Below, piece after piece: positions 55,390 through 64,000 of a DNA stretch of 64,000 nt (positions within the stretch are counted from its first letter, which is position 1; each line of letters opens with the position of its first letter). The stretch is from positions 3,493-67,492 of the IMG/VR virus record IMGVR_UViG_3300012956_000023; one strand, given 5' to 3'. The position numbers were made by a program, and so were the translations under genes. This stretch comes from a virus. Lineage: Duplodnaviria > Caudoviricetes. Below the pieces are notes generated by a model. The model was not told the origin of the DNA. It saw nothing but the letters and a program-made list of their open reading frames with translations, and ran no database searches.

Positions 55390-55443
55390 ACATTTAGACT
55401 AATATTTTGGTATAATAATTCTAGGGTTTATTGGAGGTTTCTA

Positions 55444-56184
55444 ATGCGTAGTTTGAATACAATTTCTAAGAAAAAAGTAGCTGAAGATAATGGTGAAATG
55501 CCAGTAGGAATCAATCCTGCTCCTGAGACTGCAGATGCAGCTACTGTAGTGCTACCGTTTAATGGTGGATGCCCTGAAGGGTTCTCCCTATCTGCTGATG
55601 GTACCAAGTGCCTAAAGAACCCTGAGTCTGGTTCTGCTAATGTTCCTCCAACTACGGTAACTGGAGCTGAAACTTCAGTTCCTATGGAACAGGCTATTGC
55701 GATCGAGCACGTAAGTACTAACTTCGTGTTTGGTCAGAAGACCATTCTTCAAACTGAAGACGAGCATAAGAAAGTGCAGTTTGATGAAGGTGAAGAAATT
55801 GAAGTATGTATGGATGAGAATGAGGACATCCAAATCGGTCAGAAGGGGACAGTTCTAGTAATTTCTGATCCGAAGGTGGCTTATAACTTCCTCGAGAAAG
55901 TACATCTGAAGTCTGATTGCTCAATTGAAGAGCAGGCATTGACGATTGTTGATGCAGTGAAGAGTAATCTTTCACCACGTCAGATTGCTGAGGAATTGTT
56001 AAAGCAGCATTCGAAGGAAGGATCACTTAGCCATCTTGAATTAGCTAAGGAAGAAATCCGTCTGAAGGTCAATCGTGGAGTAAAGCGTATTCGTCCGGTT
56101 GAGAATAAGGCTCCGTTTATTCGTCAGCACCGTGCGGATAAGTCATTTGCTCCGTCAGTAATGAAGATTGTTGGAGTTCTATAA
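55444..56184 (+). CDS. acidic hypothetical protein
   Basis: 246-aa ORF with GGAGG RBS. Confidence 0.6.
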   Translation: MRSLNTISKKKVAEDNGEMPVGINPAPETADAATVVLPFNGGCPEGFSLSADGTKCLKNPESGSANVPPTTVTGAETSVPMEQAIAIEHVSTNFVFGQKTILQTEDEHKKVQFDEGEEIEVCMDENEDIQIGQKGTVLVISDPKVAYNFLEKVHLKSDCSIEEQALTIVDAVKSNLSPRQIAEELLKQHSKEGSLSHLELAKEEIRLKVNRGVKRIRPVENKAPFIRQHRADKSFAPSVMKIVGVL

Positions 56185-56185
56185 A

Positions 56186-56452
56186 ATGAGACGAGTTCGT
56201 GAGATGACGAGTACTGGCGGATTAGGTATAGGTCATACTTTACCGTATAAACCGAAGAACGGGAGATATCATTTAAAGGATTTCCTTATTAATGCTGTTG
56301 CACTCAGTCCAGGAAAGTCGCTCACTGACCCGAAAGTAATTACACTAGCTCTAGCTTTACGAAAGAAGTATAAATCTGATGAGCAGCGAAATAAGAACAG
56401 TGATCGATCAGCTAGTAGATATCCAAGCTCATTGGAGGGATCGTCAGATTGA
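56186..56452 (+). CDS. basic hypothetical protein
   Basis: MRRVREMTSTGG. Confidence 0.5.
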   Translation: MRRVREMTSTGGLGIGHTLPYKPKNGRYHLKDFLINAVALSPGKSLTDPKVITLALALRKKYKSDEQRNKNSDRSASRYPSSLEGSSD

Positions 56453-56819
56453 GCTGAATGGAACTACAGTTACTTTTGCTGTTCCTCGTGATGGAACTCA
56501 ATTAGATGATTTTGGAGATCCCAAGATTGCTAGATTAGGAGATCCATTCGTAACTTCAGTTACAACTCAAATTGTAATTGATTATGGTGATTATAATAAT
56601 CTGATTTCAGAATATAATCATTCACAGGAGATGACCTCTCCGTTACGTGCACTAGTAAAGCATAGTACAGTAATATGTAAAGGATCTACTACGGTCCTTA
56701 CATTTACTGATAAAGCAGGAGTGAAATTTACTCGTAGCTTTGTAGTTGATAGTGTATCTCGAAAACATGAGAATTATGCGATAGCTAAAAATATTACTCT
56801 CGTACCTATTAGAAAATGA
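56379..56819 (+). CDS. putative head closure/neck protein (gp14-like)
   Basis: position between neck and terminator; beta-barrel pattern. Confidence 0.45.
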   Translation: MSSEIRTVIDQLVDIQAHWRDRQIELNGTTVTFAVPRDGTQLDDFGDPKIARLGDPFVTSVTTQIVIDYGDYNNLISEYNHSQEMTSPLRALVKHSTVICKGSTTVLTFTDKAGVKFTRSFVVDSVSRKHENYAIAKNITLVPIRK

Positions 56820-56834
56820 TTATAAGGAGTGTGT

Positions 56835-57137
56835 ATGTCTAATTTAGTAATGAAATTTTCGCGTTCTGAAGTGCGTAGCAAAGTAGTTGAGATGTTGAAT
56901 GAGATGGAAGCTGGGGTACAGATTCTGGATGCTCCACCTGAAGGTGCTGCGCTTCCTGGTCCGGTAGATCAGACTGGCGTTGCTGGTGTAGGTAAGCAGG
57001 CAGCTGGCGCTCTACGTCAATTGGCTACGCAGTGTGATGAAGTAGGAATTGATGGATCGGATTATGCGGATATGGCTGCAGATATCGATTCTGAACTAGG
57101 GTTGTCGGATGTAATGGCTGGTCCTAGCCAAGGATAA
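56835..57137 (+). CDS. acidic hypothetical protein
   Basis: AAGGAG RBS; VEMLNE. Confidence 0.6.
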   Translation: MSNLVMKFSRSEVRSKVVEMLNEMEAGVQILDAPPEGAALPGPVDQTGVAGVGKQAAGALRQLATQCDEVGIDGSDYADMAADIDSELGLSDVMAGPSQG

Positions 57138-57140
57138 ATA

Positions 57141-57860
57141 ATGAGTAGATCTTCATTACAAGAAGTTACACAAGCAATTCAAGCTCATATGAGAGCTCTA
57201 TTGTTTGGGTCATTCCCAGAACTATTTCAATCTGAGCGAAATATCTTGATTTCTCCATCTGACGATGAAGATTCTGATTTTCGTCGTATTGAGGAAGTTC
57301 AAGGAGTTACCGGTAAAGTGACGTTACCTGCTGCAGTATTGAGTTTCGAAGCTCCATATCTTGATGAAGCCTTCCGTCAATGGTCAGGTCGAGAGATGTT
57401 TGGAATTGATGTAACCCCATCTACTGCAAAAGGGAATATAGGGTTACCAGTAAACCTTAGATATGTAATGAAGGTGTACTGTAATTCAGTAGAACATTCA
57501 ATGAATATCTTCGAGGTATTGTTATTGGCTATGATGGATGTACGGAAGATTGTTTACCAATCTTCTATAATTGAGGGTGAGATGCCAATTCAGTTTGAAT
57601 TCTCATTACCTCAATTTCAACGTATTTCTTCATGGGCTGATAGGTATCAAGGTAAAGGACATATTTATTCACTACGTATGTCTTTTACCGCTCGAACTTC
57701 GATTATGTTCTTACCTAATGAGATTATTAAGAAGATCTTGGTTACGAAATCTAATGTATACAACATTGGTGTCGAAGAAGACATCTTACTTAGTACTCAG
57801 GTACGACATCATGATTCTGTGAATGATGTAACTACCGAACAGTCAGGAGATAATTCGTGA
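57141..57860 (+). CDS. tail terminator/completion protein (gp15-like)
   Basis: TLPAAV, PVNLRY.M..Y..S.E motif; directly before sheath. Confidence 0.6.
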   Translation: MSRSSLQEVTQAIQAHMRALLFGSFPELFQSERNILISPSDDEDSDFRRIEEVQGVTGKVTLPAAVLSFEAPYLDEAFRQWSGREMFGIDVTPSTAKGNIGLPVNLRYVMKVYCNSVEHSMNIFEVLLLAMMDVRKIVYQSSIIEGEMPIQFEFSLPQFQRISSWADRYQGKGHIYSLRMSFTARTSIMFLPNEIIKKILVTKSNVYNIGVEEDILLSTQVRHHDSVNDVTTEQSGDNS

Positions 57861-58030
57861 AGAAAGCAACTAATTATAATGACTTTGCAGTACTAATTTC
57901 AGTAGGAGACGATTCTATTCAATTACAACCTAGGTCTACAGTATCAGTACCTGATAATGCGGTATCTAAAGTTGCAGGAATAGTGTTTGGTGAGATTGAA
58001 GGAAAATCTCCAGTGAAGAAAGAAAAATAA
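57857..58030 (+). CDS. 57-aa hypothetical protein (not in ORF track)
   Basis: GTG overlaps upstream TGA; open to TAA 58030. Confidence 0.5.
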   Translation: MKKATNYNDFAVLISVGDDSIQLQPRSTVSVPDNAVSKVAGIVFGEIEGKSPVKKEK

Positions 58031-58057
58031 TAAGGTTAAAATCTCTGGAGGTCTAAA

Positions 58058-59647
58058 ATGCCATCTGTTTATTCATCACCTGGAGCATACCCAAAGGAAA
58101 CAGATCTAAGTCAGATTGTTTCAGGTATTAGTAATAGTATCGGAGCTATGGTTGGTGCTGCATCACGTGGACCAGTCAAATGTACCGTATTATGTACTGA
58201 TATTAAGCAATTAATCGAAACGTTCGGAGAACCGAATGCTACTGTATCGTTTATGCACTATAGTGCTCTCGCGTTCTTAACATGGGCGAAGAGACTATAT
58301 GTAACTCGGGTAGTAGGTTCTGGAGCATTGCATGCAGATTTAGTTCTTACTGGATCAAATCCTGGATATACTGCTGCATCTGCAGGAGTATCTCCTATTG
58401 CACCTAAGAAGACTCCATCATATTCATTTAATGGTGGTGATTGTTTCTTAGTATTTGCAACAGGTCCTGGCGTGTATGCTAATACTGAGACTTCTGTGAA
58501 GGTAACGAATGTAGTAACTTCTACTACTCCACATACCTTTAATCTAGAAGTGTATCAGACTGTTAAAGGAGTCAAGTCTAAAGTAGAAACATTTACCGTA
58601 TCTAAGGGTAAGGGTCTTGATGGATTTGGACGTCAATTATATCTCGAAGATGTAATTAATGGAAACTCGAAGTATATTCGTGTATTAGACAATACTGCAG
58701 TAACTACTGATCCGTATGCTATGTCTGCAGATCAATTACTTACTCAAGGTGCCGATGGCTCTGCTCCAACATCTGGGGACATTGAAGGAGCCAATGGGTG
58801 GCAGTTGTATGCTAATCCTGATGATGTGAAGGTAGGTATTCTAATGCCTGGTGGATCAGCAGTAGCATCCACTGATTTGGTAATGAATACTATTGCCCAG
58901 ACTCGTAGAGATTGTATTGCTATTTCTGTAGTTCCATCGCAGTCACAAGACGGATCAGCAGAATTAACTTATCGTAATTCTACTTGGAACATCAATTCGA
59001 GTTTCTCAGCTTTATATACTCCTGATGTACTAATTCATGATCCATACAGCAATGTGAACTTATATGTTCCACCTGATGGATATGTTGGAGCTGTATATGC
59101 AAAGACTGAGCAATTACGTCAGGCATGGGAAGCGCCTGCGGGATTCGATATGGGTATTCTTAATGTCCTTGGGGTACGACTAAATTACACTCAAGGTCAG
59201 CGAGATGCTCTATATGAAGCTCAAATTAATACCATCCGTACATTCCCCGGACAGGGGACAATGATTTGGGGACAGAAGACTGCCCAATCAAATTTGTCAG
59301 CTTTGTCAAGTGTGAACGTACGTAGGTTGATTATCGTTACTGAGAATTCTATTAGAAATTCTTTAGTGAAGGTAGTCTTCAAATTGAACAATAAGTTTAC
59401 TAGATTGCAAGTATTCCAAATGATCGATCAATTCCTTCGTACTGTGAAAGCACAGAACGGAGTATATGATTATAAGATTGTTTGTGATGAAACCAATAAC
59501 ACTCCGCAGATCATTGATCAGAATCAGATGAATGTGGACGTGTATATGAAGCCTCAACGTTCAGCTGAAGTTATCCAACTCCAGACAATTATTACTCGTA
59601 CTGGAGCGAATTTCAATGAGTTAGTGGCACAGGGGGGTAACGTCTAA
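58058..59647 (+). CDS. contractile tail sheath protein
   Basis: SPGAY.KETD.S, RGP, W.APAG...G, RDALYEAQIN.I..FPGQG..IWG.KT, VNVRRL, DYKIVCDETNNT, DVYMKP.RSAE.I. Confidence 0.95.
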   Translation: MPSVYSSPGAYPKETDLSQIVSGISNSIGAMVGAASRGPVKCTVLCTDIKQLIETFGEPNATVSFMHYSALAFLTWAKRLYVTRVVGSGALHADLVLTGSNPGYTAASAGVSPIAPKKTPSYSFNGGDCFLVFATGPGVYANTETSVKVTNVVTSTTPHTFNLEVYQTVKGVKSKVETFTVSKGKGLDGFGRQLYLEDVINGNSKYIRVLDNTAVTTDPYAMSADQLLTQGADGSAPTSGDIEGANGWQLYANPDDVKVGILMPGGSAVASTDLVMNTIAQTRRDCIAISVVPSQSQDGSAELTYRNSTWNINSSFSALYTPDVLIHDPYSNVNLYVPPDGYVGAVYAKTEQLRQAWEAPAGFDMGILNVLGVRLNYTQGQRDALYEAQINTIRTFPGQGTMIWGQKTAQSNLSALSSVNVRRLIIVTENSIRNSLVKVVFKLNNKFTRLQVFQMIDQFLRTVKAQNGVYDYKIVCDETNNTPQIIDQNQMNVDVYMKPQRSAEVIQLQTIITRTGANFNELVAQGGNV

Positions 59648-59649
59648 TC

Positions 59650-60159
59650 ATGATAAATATTGATGAGCTAAGAAATTTATCTGAACCTCTCAAGTCATAT
59701 AACTTTGAAATTTACATCCCGAATATTCCTGGTGGGGGAAATCTATCAGGACAGGATGCAAGGTTGTATGTCAATGCCGCGGTGTTACCTGGTATCTCTT
59801 CAGAACCTATTGTTGTAGAGTCAGGGGGACATGAAGTATTCTATGCTGGTAAAGCAAAGTATCAGCATATGTGGCAAGTTGAAATGCGTGAATATGAGAA
59901 CCTAAATGTAATCACTATGCTTCAAAATTGGCATGGGTTACAATGGGATCGCCCAACAGGTGCACAATCGCCATCCGGTGATTATAAAGCCGAATCGATC
60001 TATGTAGCTATGTTGGATTCACAGAAAAATCCTATGAAGCAGTTTCGTATGATTGGTGCATGGATTGCTCAGATTGGAGATGTCCAACTAGCGTATGCAT
60101 CTAATCAACAGATTGCATTTCCATTAACGTTCGCGTATGATTATTGGATATATGAGTAA
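59650..60159 (+). CDS. tail tube protein
   Basis: follows sheath; YNFE..LPG, GK.KY..W, F.M.GAW..IG..LAY..F.LTFAYDYW. Confidence 0.85.
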   Translation: MINIDELRNLSEPLKSYNFEIYIPNIPGGGNLSGQDARLYVNAAVLPGISSEPIVVESGGHEVFYAGKAKYQHMWQVEMREYENLNVITMLQNWHGLQWDRPTGAQSPSGDYKAESIYVAMLDSQKNPMKQFRMIGAWIAQIGDVQLAYASNQQIAFPLTFAYDYWIYE

Positions 60160-60674
60160 TGCCTGATTTTCTTTTCGATATAGAATCAGTTCGAGATCGA
60201 GAAGATCCAGCGGTAGCGTATAGGTATAACGTTGTTATACCTATACCTTCCGAGGATAATTTAATTATCGATCCAATGTATGTTGAAGATATACAATTTC
60301 AGTTGCCGTACCATACCCAAGATACTTTAGTTTACAATTCAACTGTTATTAACTATGCAGGTAGATTTACAGCTCCGTCGTTAACTATTAGATTTTATGA
60401 AACTTATAGACATGCCATTTCTCAATTAATGGAAGCATGGATGTCTATTATTCGAAATCAAAATGGTACAATGAACTATGGTAGTGAATATAAACGCAAC
60501 ATCTCTGTTATAGTATTCGATTCTACTGGGAAAGATGTCGTATACTATGACTTTATTGGATGTTTCCCGCTCGAGCCTTCTCCAATTCAACTTTCTTATT
60601 CTAGATCAGAGAGAACTACGTTTACTCAGTCGTTCTCTGCTGATAGAGTAGCGAAAGTATTTAGAAATAATTAA
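60159..60674 (+). CDS. tube-like baseplate/tube initiator protein
   Basis: second tube paralog: LTIRFYE, W...I, Y.F.GCFP...I.LSY. Confidence 0.75.
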   Translation: MPDFLFDIESVRDREDPAVAYRYNVVIPIPSEDNLIIDPMYVEDIQFQLPYHTQDTLVYNSTVINYAGRFTAPSLTIRFYETYRHAISQLMEAWMSIIRNQNGTMNYGSEYKRNISVIVFDSTGKDVVYYDFIGCFPLEPSPIQLSYSRSERTTFTQSFSADRVAKVFRNN

Positions 60675-60683
60675 TAAGGTGTT

Positions 60684-61544
60684 ATGAATATTAATACTGG
60701 TAAATTACGAACTAACCTACCTACATCTCAATCTAATTCTCAACCAACTGTTCCACCGTCTGTACAAAGCTATACAGTAGAATTACCGTCTAAGGGGAAG
60801 CTATATAATGGCAAGAGTACAGTAGAACTTACATTCTTCACATTAGGAGATGTCAAACGTATATATGATATTAGCCAAGGAATTAAGTCTGATTCTTTAG
60901 AAAAATTAATCTCTAGCAAAGTATTAGATTTTGATGTATTTGAATTATGTCAATCAGATTATTGGTATGTGCTATATTGGCTACGTATCAATTGTTTCAC
61001 TTCACACCCATTAGAGATAGAATGGACATGTAATCATGCAGGATGTGGGGTAAAGAATTTATCTAAAGTAGGTAAAGAGAATCTAAATCAGGTAGAGATT
61101 AATCCTGACTATATAGAACCCGCATCATTAGAATTACCTGATTCCGGAACTATTCAAGTTAGATTACCTCGAGTAAAAGATGATCGAGAAATTGATGCAG
61201 TAGTTGATCTTCTTCACGGTAAGCTTCGTAGTGATGGAGATGAATGGTTGTGTAAGTTAGCAGCCATGTGGGTAGACAATCGAAATCTTATGGATAGATA
61301 TAAGGATGTACGTAGTAAGTTCACTCCCGATGATATTTTTGTACTGGATTCATTCCAGAAAGAGTATTCATTTGGAATTACTGAATATCTAGACGTAAAG
61401 TGTATTGGCTGCCAGGAGGTCAGTCGAAGATACTTTCGACTATCAATCACCTCGTTTATTCCCTCGATGGAAGACTCTCGATCTGTTAGAACAAGAGTTA
61501 AATTTAGCAATGTATCTGAATCAGCAAATAGCTCTAATGGATAG
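60684..61544 (+). CDS. baseplate hub assembly/tail chaperone (gp26-like)
   Basis: ELPSKG..Y, LRIN, WTC...C, C..C Zn motifs; upstream of tape measure. Confidence 0.75.
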   Translation: MNINTGKLRTNLPTSQSNSQPTVPPSVQSYTVELPSKGKLYNGKSTVELTFFTLGDVKRIYDISQGIKSDSLEKLISSKVLDFDVFELCQSDYWYVLYWLRINCFTSHPLEIEWTCNHAGCGVKNLSKVGKENLNQVEINPDYIEPASLELPDSGTIQVRLPRVKDDREIDAVVDLLHGKLRSDGDEWLCKLAAMWVDNRNLMDRYKDVRSKFTPDDIFVLDSFQKEYSFGITEYLDVKCIGCQEVSRRYFRLSITSFIPSMEDSRSVRTRVKFSNVSESANSSNG

Positions 61545-61653
61545 TATAGATTTCAATGAGTTTCTCTACTTTCATAGAAAAGTAGTAGAGATGGTATCTA
61601 TGAAACAACAAGTAGGAAATACTCCGAATAACATGTTCTCAATATCACGATGA
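61462..61653 (+). CDS. gp51-like small chaperone ORF overlapping the previous gene in the +1 frame
   Basis: LAMYLNQQI..MDSIDFNEFLYF; stop overlaps tape measure start. Confidence 0.5.
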   Translation, partial: PRWKTLDLLEQELNLAMYLNQQIALMDSIDFNEFLYFHRKVVEMVSMKQQVGNTPNNMFSISR

Positions 61654-63359
61654 TAATTCCAAACACTTCACCAAAACAACCATTACCTGAGAATAAGGCT
61701 ATTACTGCATCTCCTAAGAAGATGCTAGATAAGAAGCCTATGGTACCTAAGCCTAATGGACACGAGTCTACGGATTCTAAGATCCAGAAAACATTATTAG
61801 TAGTTGATAATATTAGATTACAAACTATTAATACTCTAGAGGCATTACAAGATTTATCACGTGAAGATAGCGTAAAGTTATCTGATCTAAATAGATCTAT
61901 GAGAGAGTTAGTAAATGTATCTAACGGTATTCTAGATGCAAATACTAAGGCTCCTGAAGGTGAAGCTCAGAATTTCCTTCGGGCATTGGATGAAACTAAT
62001 AAGTTATTGAGTAAGTATAAGGATACTCAAATCAAGGGTATGACTCTTGAGAAGTTCCTTGAGAAGCAGGAAGTAGAGCACGATCGTCAAGTTCTACGAG
62101 ATAAAGAAATAGCAAAAATTATTACCGACGCATCACATAGTCTTGGTAGACCGTTTGCTGAATTTTTAGAACAGAATATTCAACGTATTTCTACTACCCC
62201 TGTTTCTCAAGGAGCATTCGATACTACTGTTGCTGCGTTAGGTGGCCCGTTAGCTCCATTGATTACTTTAATAGGTAGATCTATTCCAGAAGCTCTAAGT
62301 GAATTCCGTGGTATTAAGGAATCATTTGTAGGATTAAAGGACAAGGTATTAGGTAATAAGGATGAGGTAAAGAAGATCGGTTCTGGTCTTGATGTTGATA
62401 AAGCATTAAAGATTCAGGATAGTAAAACTATTCCAGTAGCTCCAACTCAGGTTGATAATAAAGATGAACAAGAAGCATCTCAAAACAATCAAGAGCAATC
62501 TGAAGCAGCAGAAACGGCCAAGTTTCATAGTAAAGTTCTTACAAAGTTATCGCGGATTGACAACACTCTTGAAAAAGACTTAGATGATATTAAGGATAAT
62601 ACTAAAGCTGCTGCAAATGGTAGTGGTGGAGGCATAGGTTCGGTATTATCTAGCTTTGGAGGAAAGCTCAAAGGATTAGGAGGGTTATTAGGTAGAATTT
62701 TAAAAAGTCCTTTAGGTAAGGGAGGATTAATAGGTGCAGGTCTTTATGGTGCAGGTTCTATTGGGTATGATAAGTTACAGGAGAAGTTAAAAGATCCAGA
62801 ATCTGATGTTCATAAGTTTGCCAAAGAACATGCTCCATGGGCTATTCCTGATCCTAATGCAAAAGCAGTAGACGATGAGGATGAAGATGGTCCATTATTA
62901 GCTCCGCTTACTAAAGCAGGTAGTTTATTAAAGTTACCTGGTCATGAATTAAAATCAAGTGTGGGATCCTTAGATAATAGGAGATCTGAGAAGATAACTA
63001 AAGACGAATTAGAAACAGATTATTCTAAAAAAGTACCTATTGGTAATAATAAGGTAGAACTAAAATCAGGGTTACAAACAGGTGAGATGAAAGGTCCTAA
63101 GAAATTAACAGGACCGTTACAAGGAAATAAAGCTACTCTTAATGATGAACCTCAGAAGACGAAGAAATTAGAGCCTCTAAAAGAGAAACCTCCGTTAGAT
63201 GCCGACCAAATTTCTAAAGCTCTGTCTGAACAATTAGCTCCGTTTGTGAAATTGAGTGAGAACCAAAAAGCTCAATATCCATCCCCAAAATTAGTAGATA
63301 TGATTCATAATATGCCTCAAGACCCAATTACTCAGTTAATCAATAGCGGAACCTTATAA
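61650..63359 (+). CDS. tape measure-like protein
   Basis: helical, Gly-rich GGLLG..LIGAG segment; follows chaperone. Confidence 0.6.
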   Translation: MIIPNTSPKQPLPENKAITASPKKMLDKKPMVPKPNGHESTDSKIQKTLLVVDNIRLQTINTLEALQDLSREDSVKLSDLNRSMRELVNVSNGILDANTKAPEGEAQNFLRALDETNKLLSKYKDTQIKGMTLEKFLEKQEVEHDRQVLRDKEIAKIITDASHSLGRPFAEFLEQNIQRISTTPVSQGAFDTTVAALGGPLAPLITLIGRSIPEALSEFRGIKESFVGLKDKVLGNKDEVKKIGSGLDVDKALKIQDSKTIPVAPTQVDNKDEQEASQNNQEQSEAAETAKFHSKVLTKLSRIDNTLEKDLDDIKDNTKAAANGSGGGIGSVLSSFGGKLKGLGGLLGRILKSPLGKGGLIGAGLYGAGSIGYDKLQEKLKDPESDVHKFAKEHAPWAIPDPNAKAVDDEDEDGPLLAPLTKAGSLLKLPGHELKSSVGSLDNRRSEKITKDELETDYSKKVPIGNNKVELKSGLQTGEMKGPKKLTGPLQGNKATLNDEPQKTKKLEPLKEKPPLDADQISKALSEQLAPFVKLSENQKAQYPSPKLVDMIHNMPQDPITQLINSGTL

Positions 63360-63979
63360 TGTCGTTAATTCAAGATCCTAAATACAGTGTAGTTATTGAT
63401 AATGGTGGTCAAACTGATAACATAGTTATCGGATTTTTACCAGAACGGTTTGATTTAGATATTACATCAGACTGGGACACTCCATTAGCTCCTGGTGCTG
63501 CTAACGGGTATCTTGGAGCTTTAGTACGATTTGGATTAGCTGAAGCTGGGGTAAGTGCTATTAATAAATATATGACTGTTGCATTATGGTCTGGTGTAAG
63601 CCCTATTAATGTAAATATTCCCATTACCTTTATAGCTGATTCTCCAGGTGAGAGTATCACTAAGGTGGTAAAACCTATTAAGAATCTAATGAAGATGGCG
63701 TTACCTAACGATTTAACTAATGGATTCTTGCAACCTCCAGGACCGAAACCAGACGGAGGATATGCATCAGAGAAATTAGGTATTACCGGTGGAGAGAATA
63801 TTACTGTACGTATAGGAGAATTTATTTCGTTTTATAAAGTAATTATTCAATCTGTATCTCCTAGCTTTGATATGATTTTAGATTCACGGGGTATTCCAAT
63901 GAGAGCTTCAGTGAATCTAAGATTTAGAACATACAATAGTCCTACAAAACAAGAATTAGATACCATGTTCCGAGTATAA
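63359..63979 (+). CDS. baseplate/tube initiator (gp48-like)
   Basis: PE...W, W.G..P..NIP, I.SV..SF..D..G.PM.A.V.L.F. Confidence 0.65.
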   Translation: MSLIQDPKYSVVIDNGGQTDNIVIGFLPERFDLDITSDWDTPLAPGAANGYLGALVRFGLAEAGVSAINKYMTVALWSGVSPINVNIPITFIADSPGESITKVVKPIKNLMKMALPNDLTNGFLQPPGPKPDGGYASEKLGITGGENITVRIGEFISFYKVIIQSVSPSFDMILDSRGIPMRASVNLRFRTYNSPTKQELDTMFRV

Positions 63980-64000
63980 CTATGTCTGGAAAATTTGACT

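Noticed and set aside
1-64000. tRNA, rRNA, reverse transcriptase/DGR, integrase, terminase
   Set aside because: None recognised by eye in this window; tRNAscan and HMM searches would be needed to exclude them

Overview
This window comes from a large, AT-rich, T4-superfamily-like myovirus (contractile-tailed phage). Bases 1-11.9 kb (minus strand) carry replication and nucleotide-metabolism genes: SF2 helicase, primase, DnaB-like helicase, dCTP deaminase, SNase, macrodomain, ASCH, an ATPase and a class II RNR. A ~640-nt non-coding strand switch follows. The plus-strand late region has two arrays of small His-rich genes, a cluster of secreted carbohydrate-active proteins with a GC-rich insert, then portal, protease/scaffold, major capsid protein (MCP), neck, fibre/appendage modules, sheath, tubes, chaperone and tape measure. 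Highlights: (1) the MCP gene is split by three group I introns, each carrying an endonuclease, and includes a 12-nt micro-exon; the spliced product is 489 aa. (2) Fifteen small genes share an N-terminal M-[APS]-[KR]-L-[ILV]..E leader that looks like a capsid-targeting/protease-cleavage signal; many share a domain also embedded in the prohead protease. (3) A free-standing endonuclease ends in a fully recoded duplicate of its upstream gene's C-terminus (LSLSDGG). (4) An ~80-aa domain is shared by the MCP and the neck protein. No tRNA, rRNA or CRISPR array was seen. All family assignments come from motif recognition by eye, not database searches.
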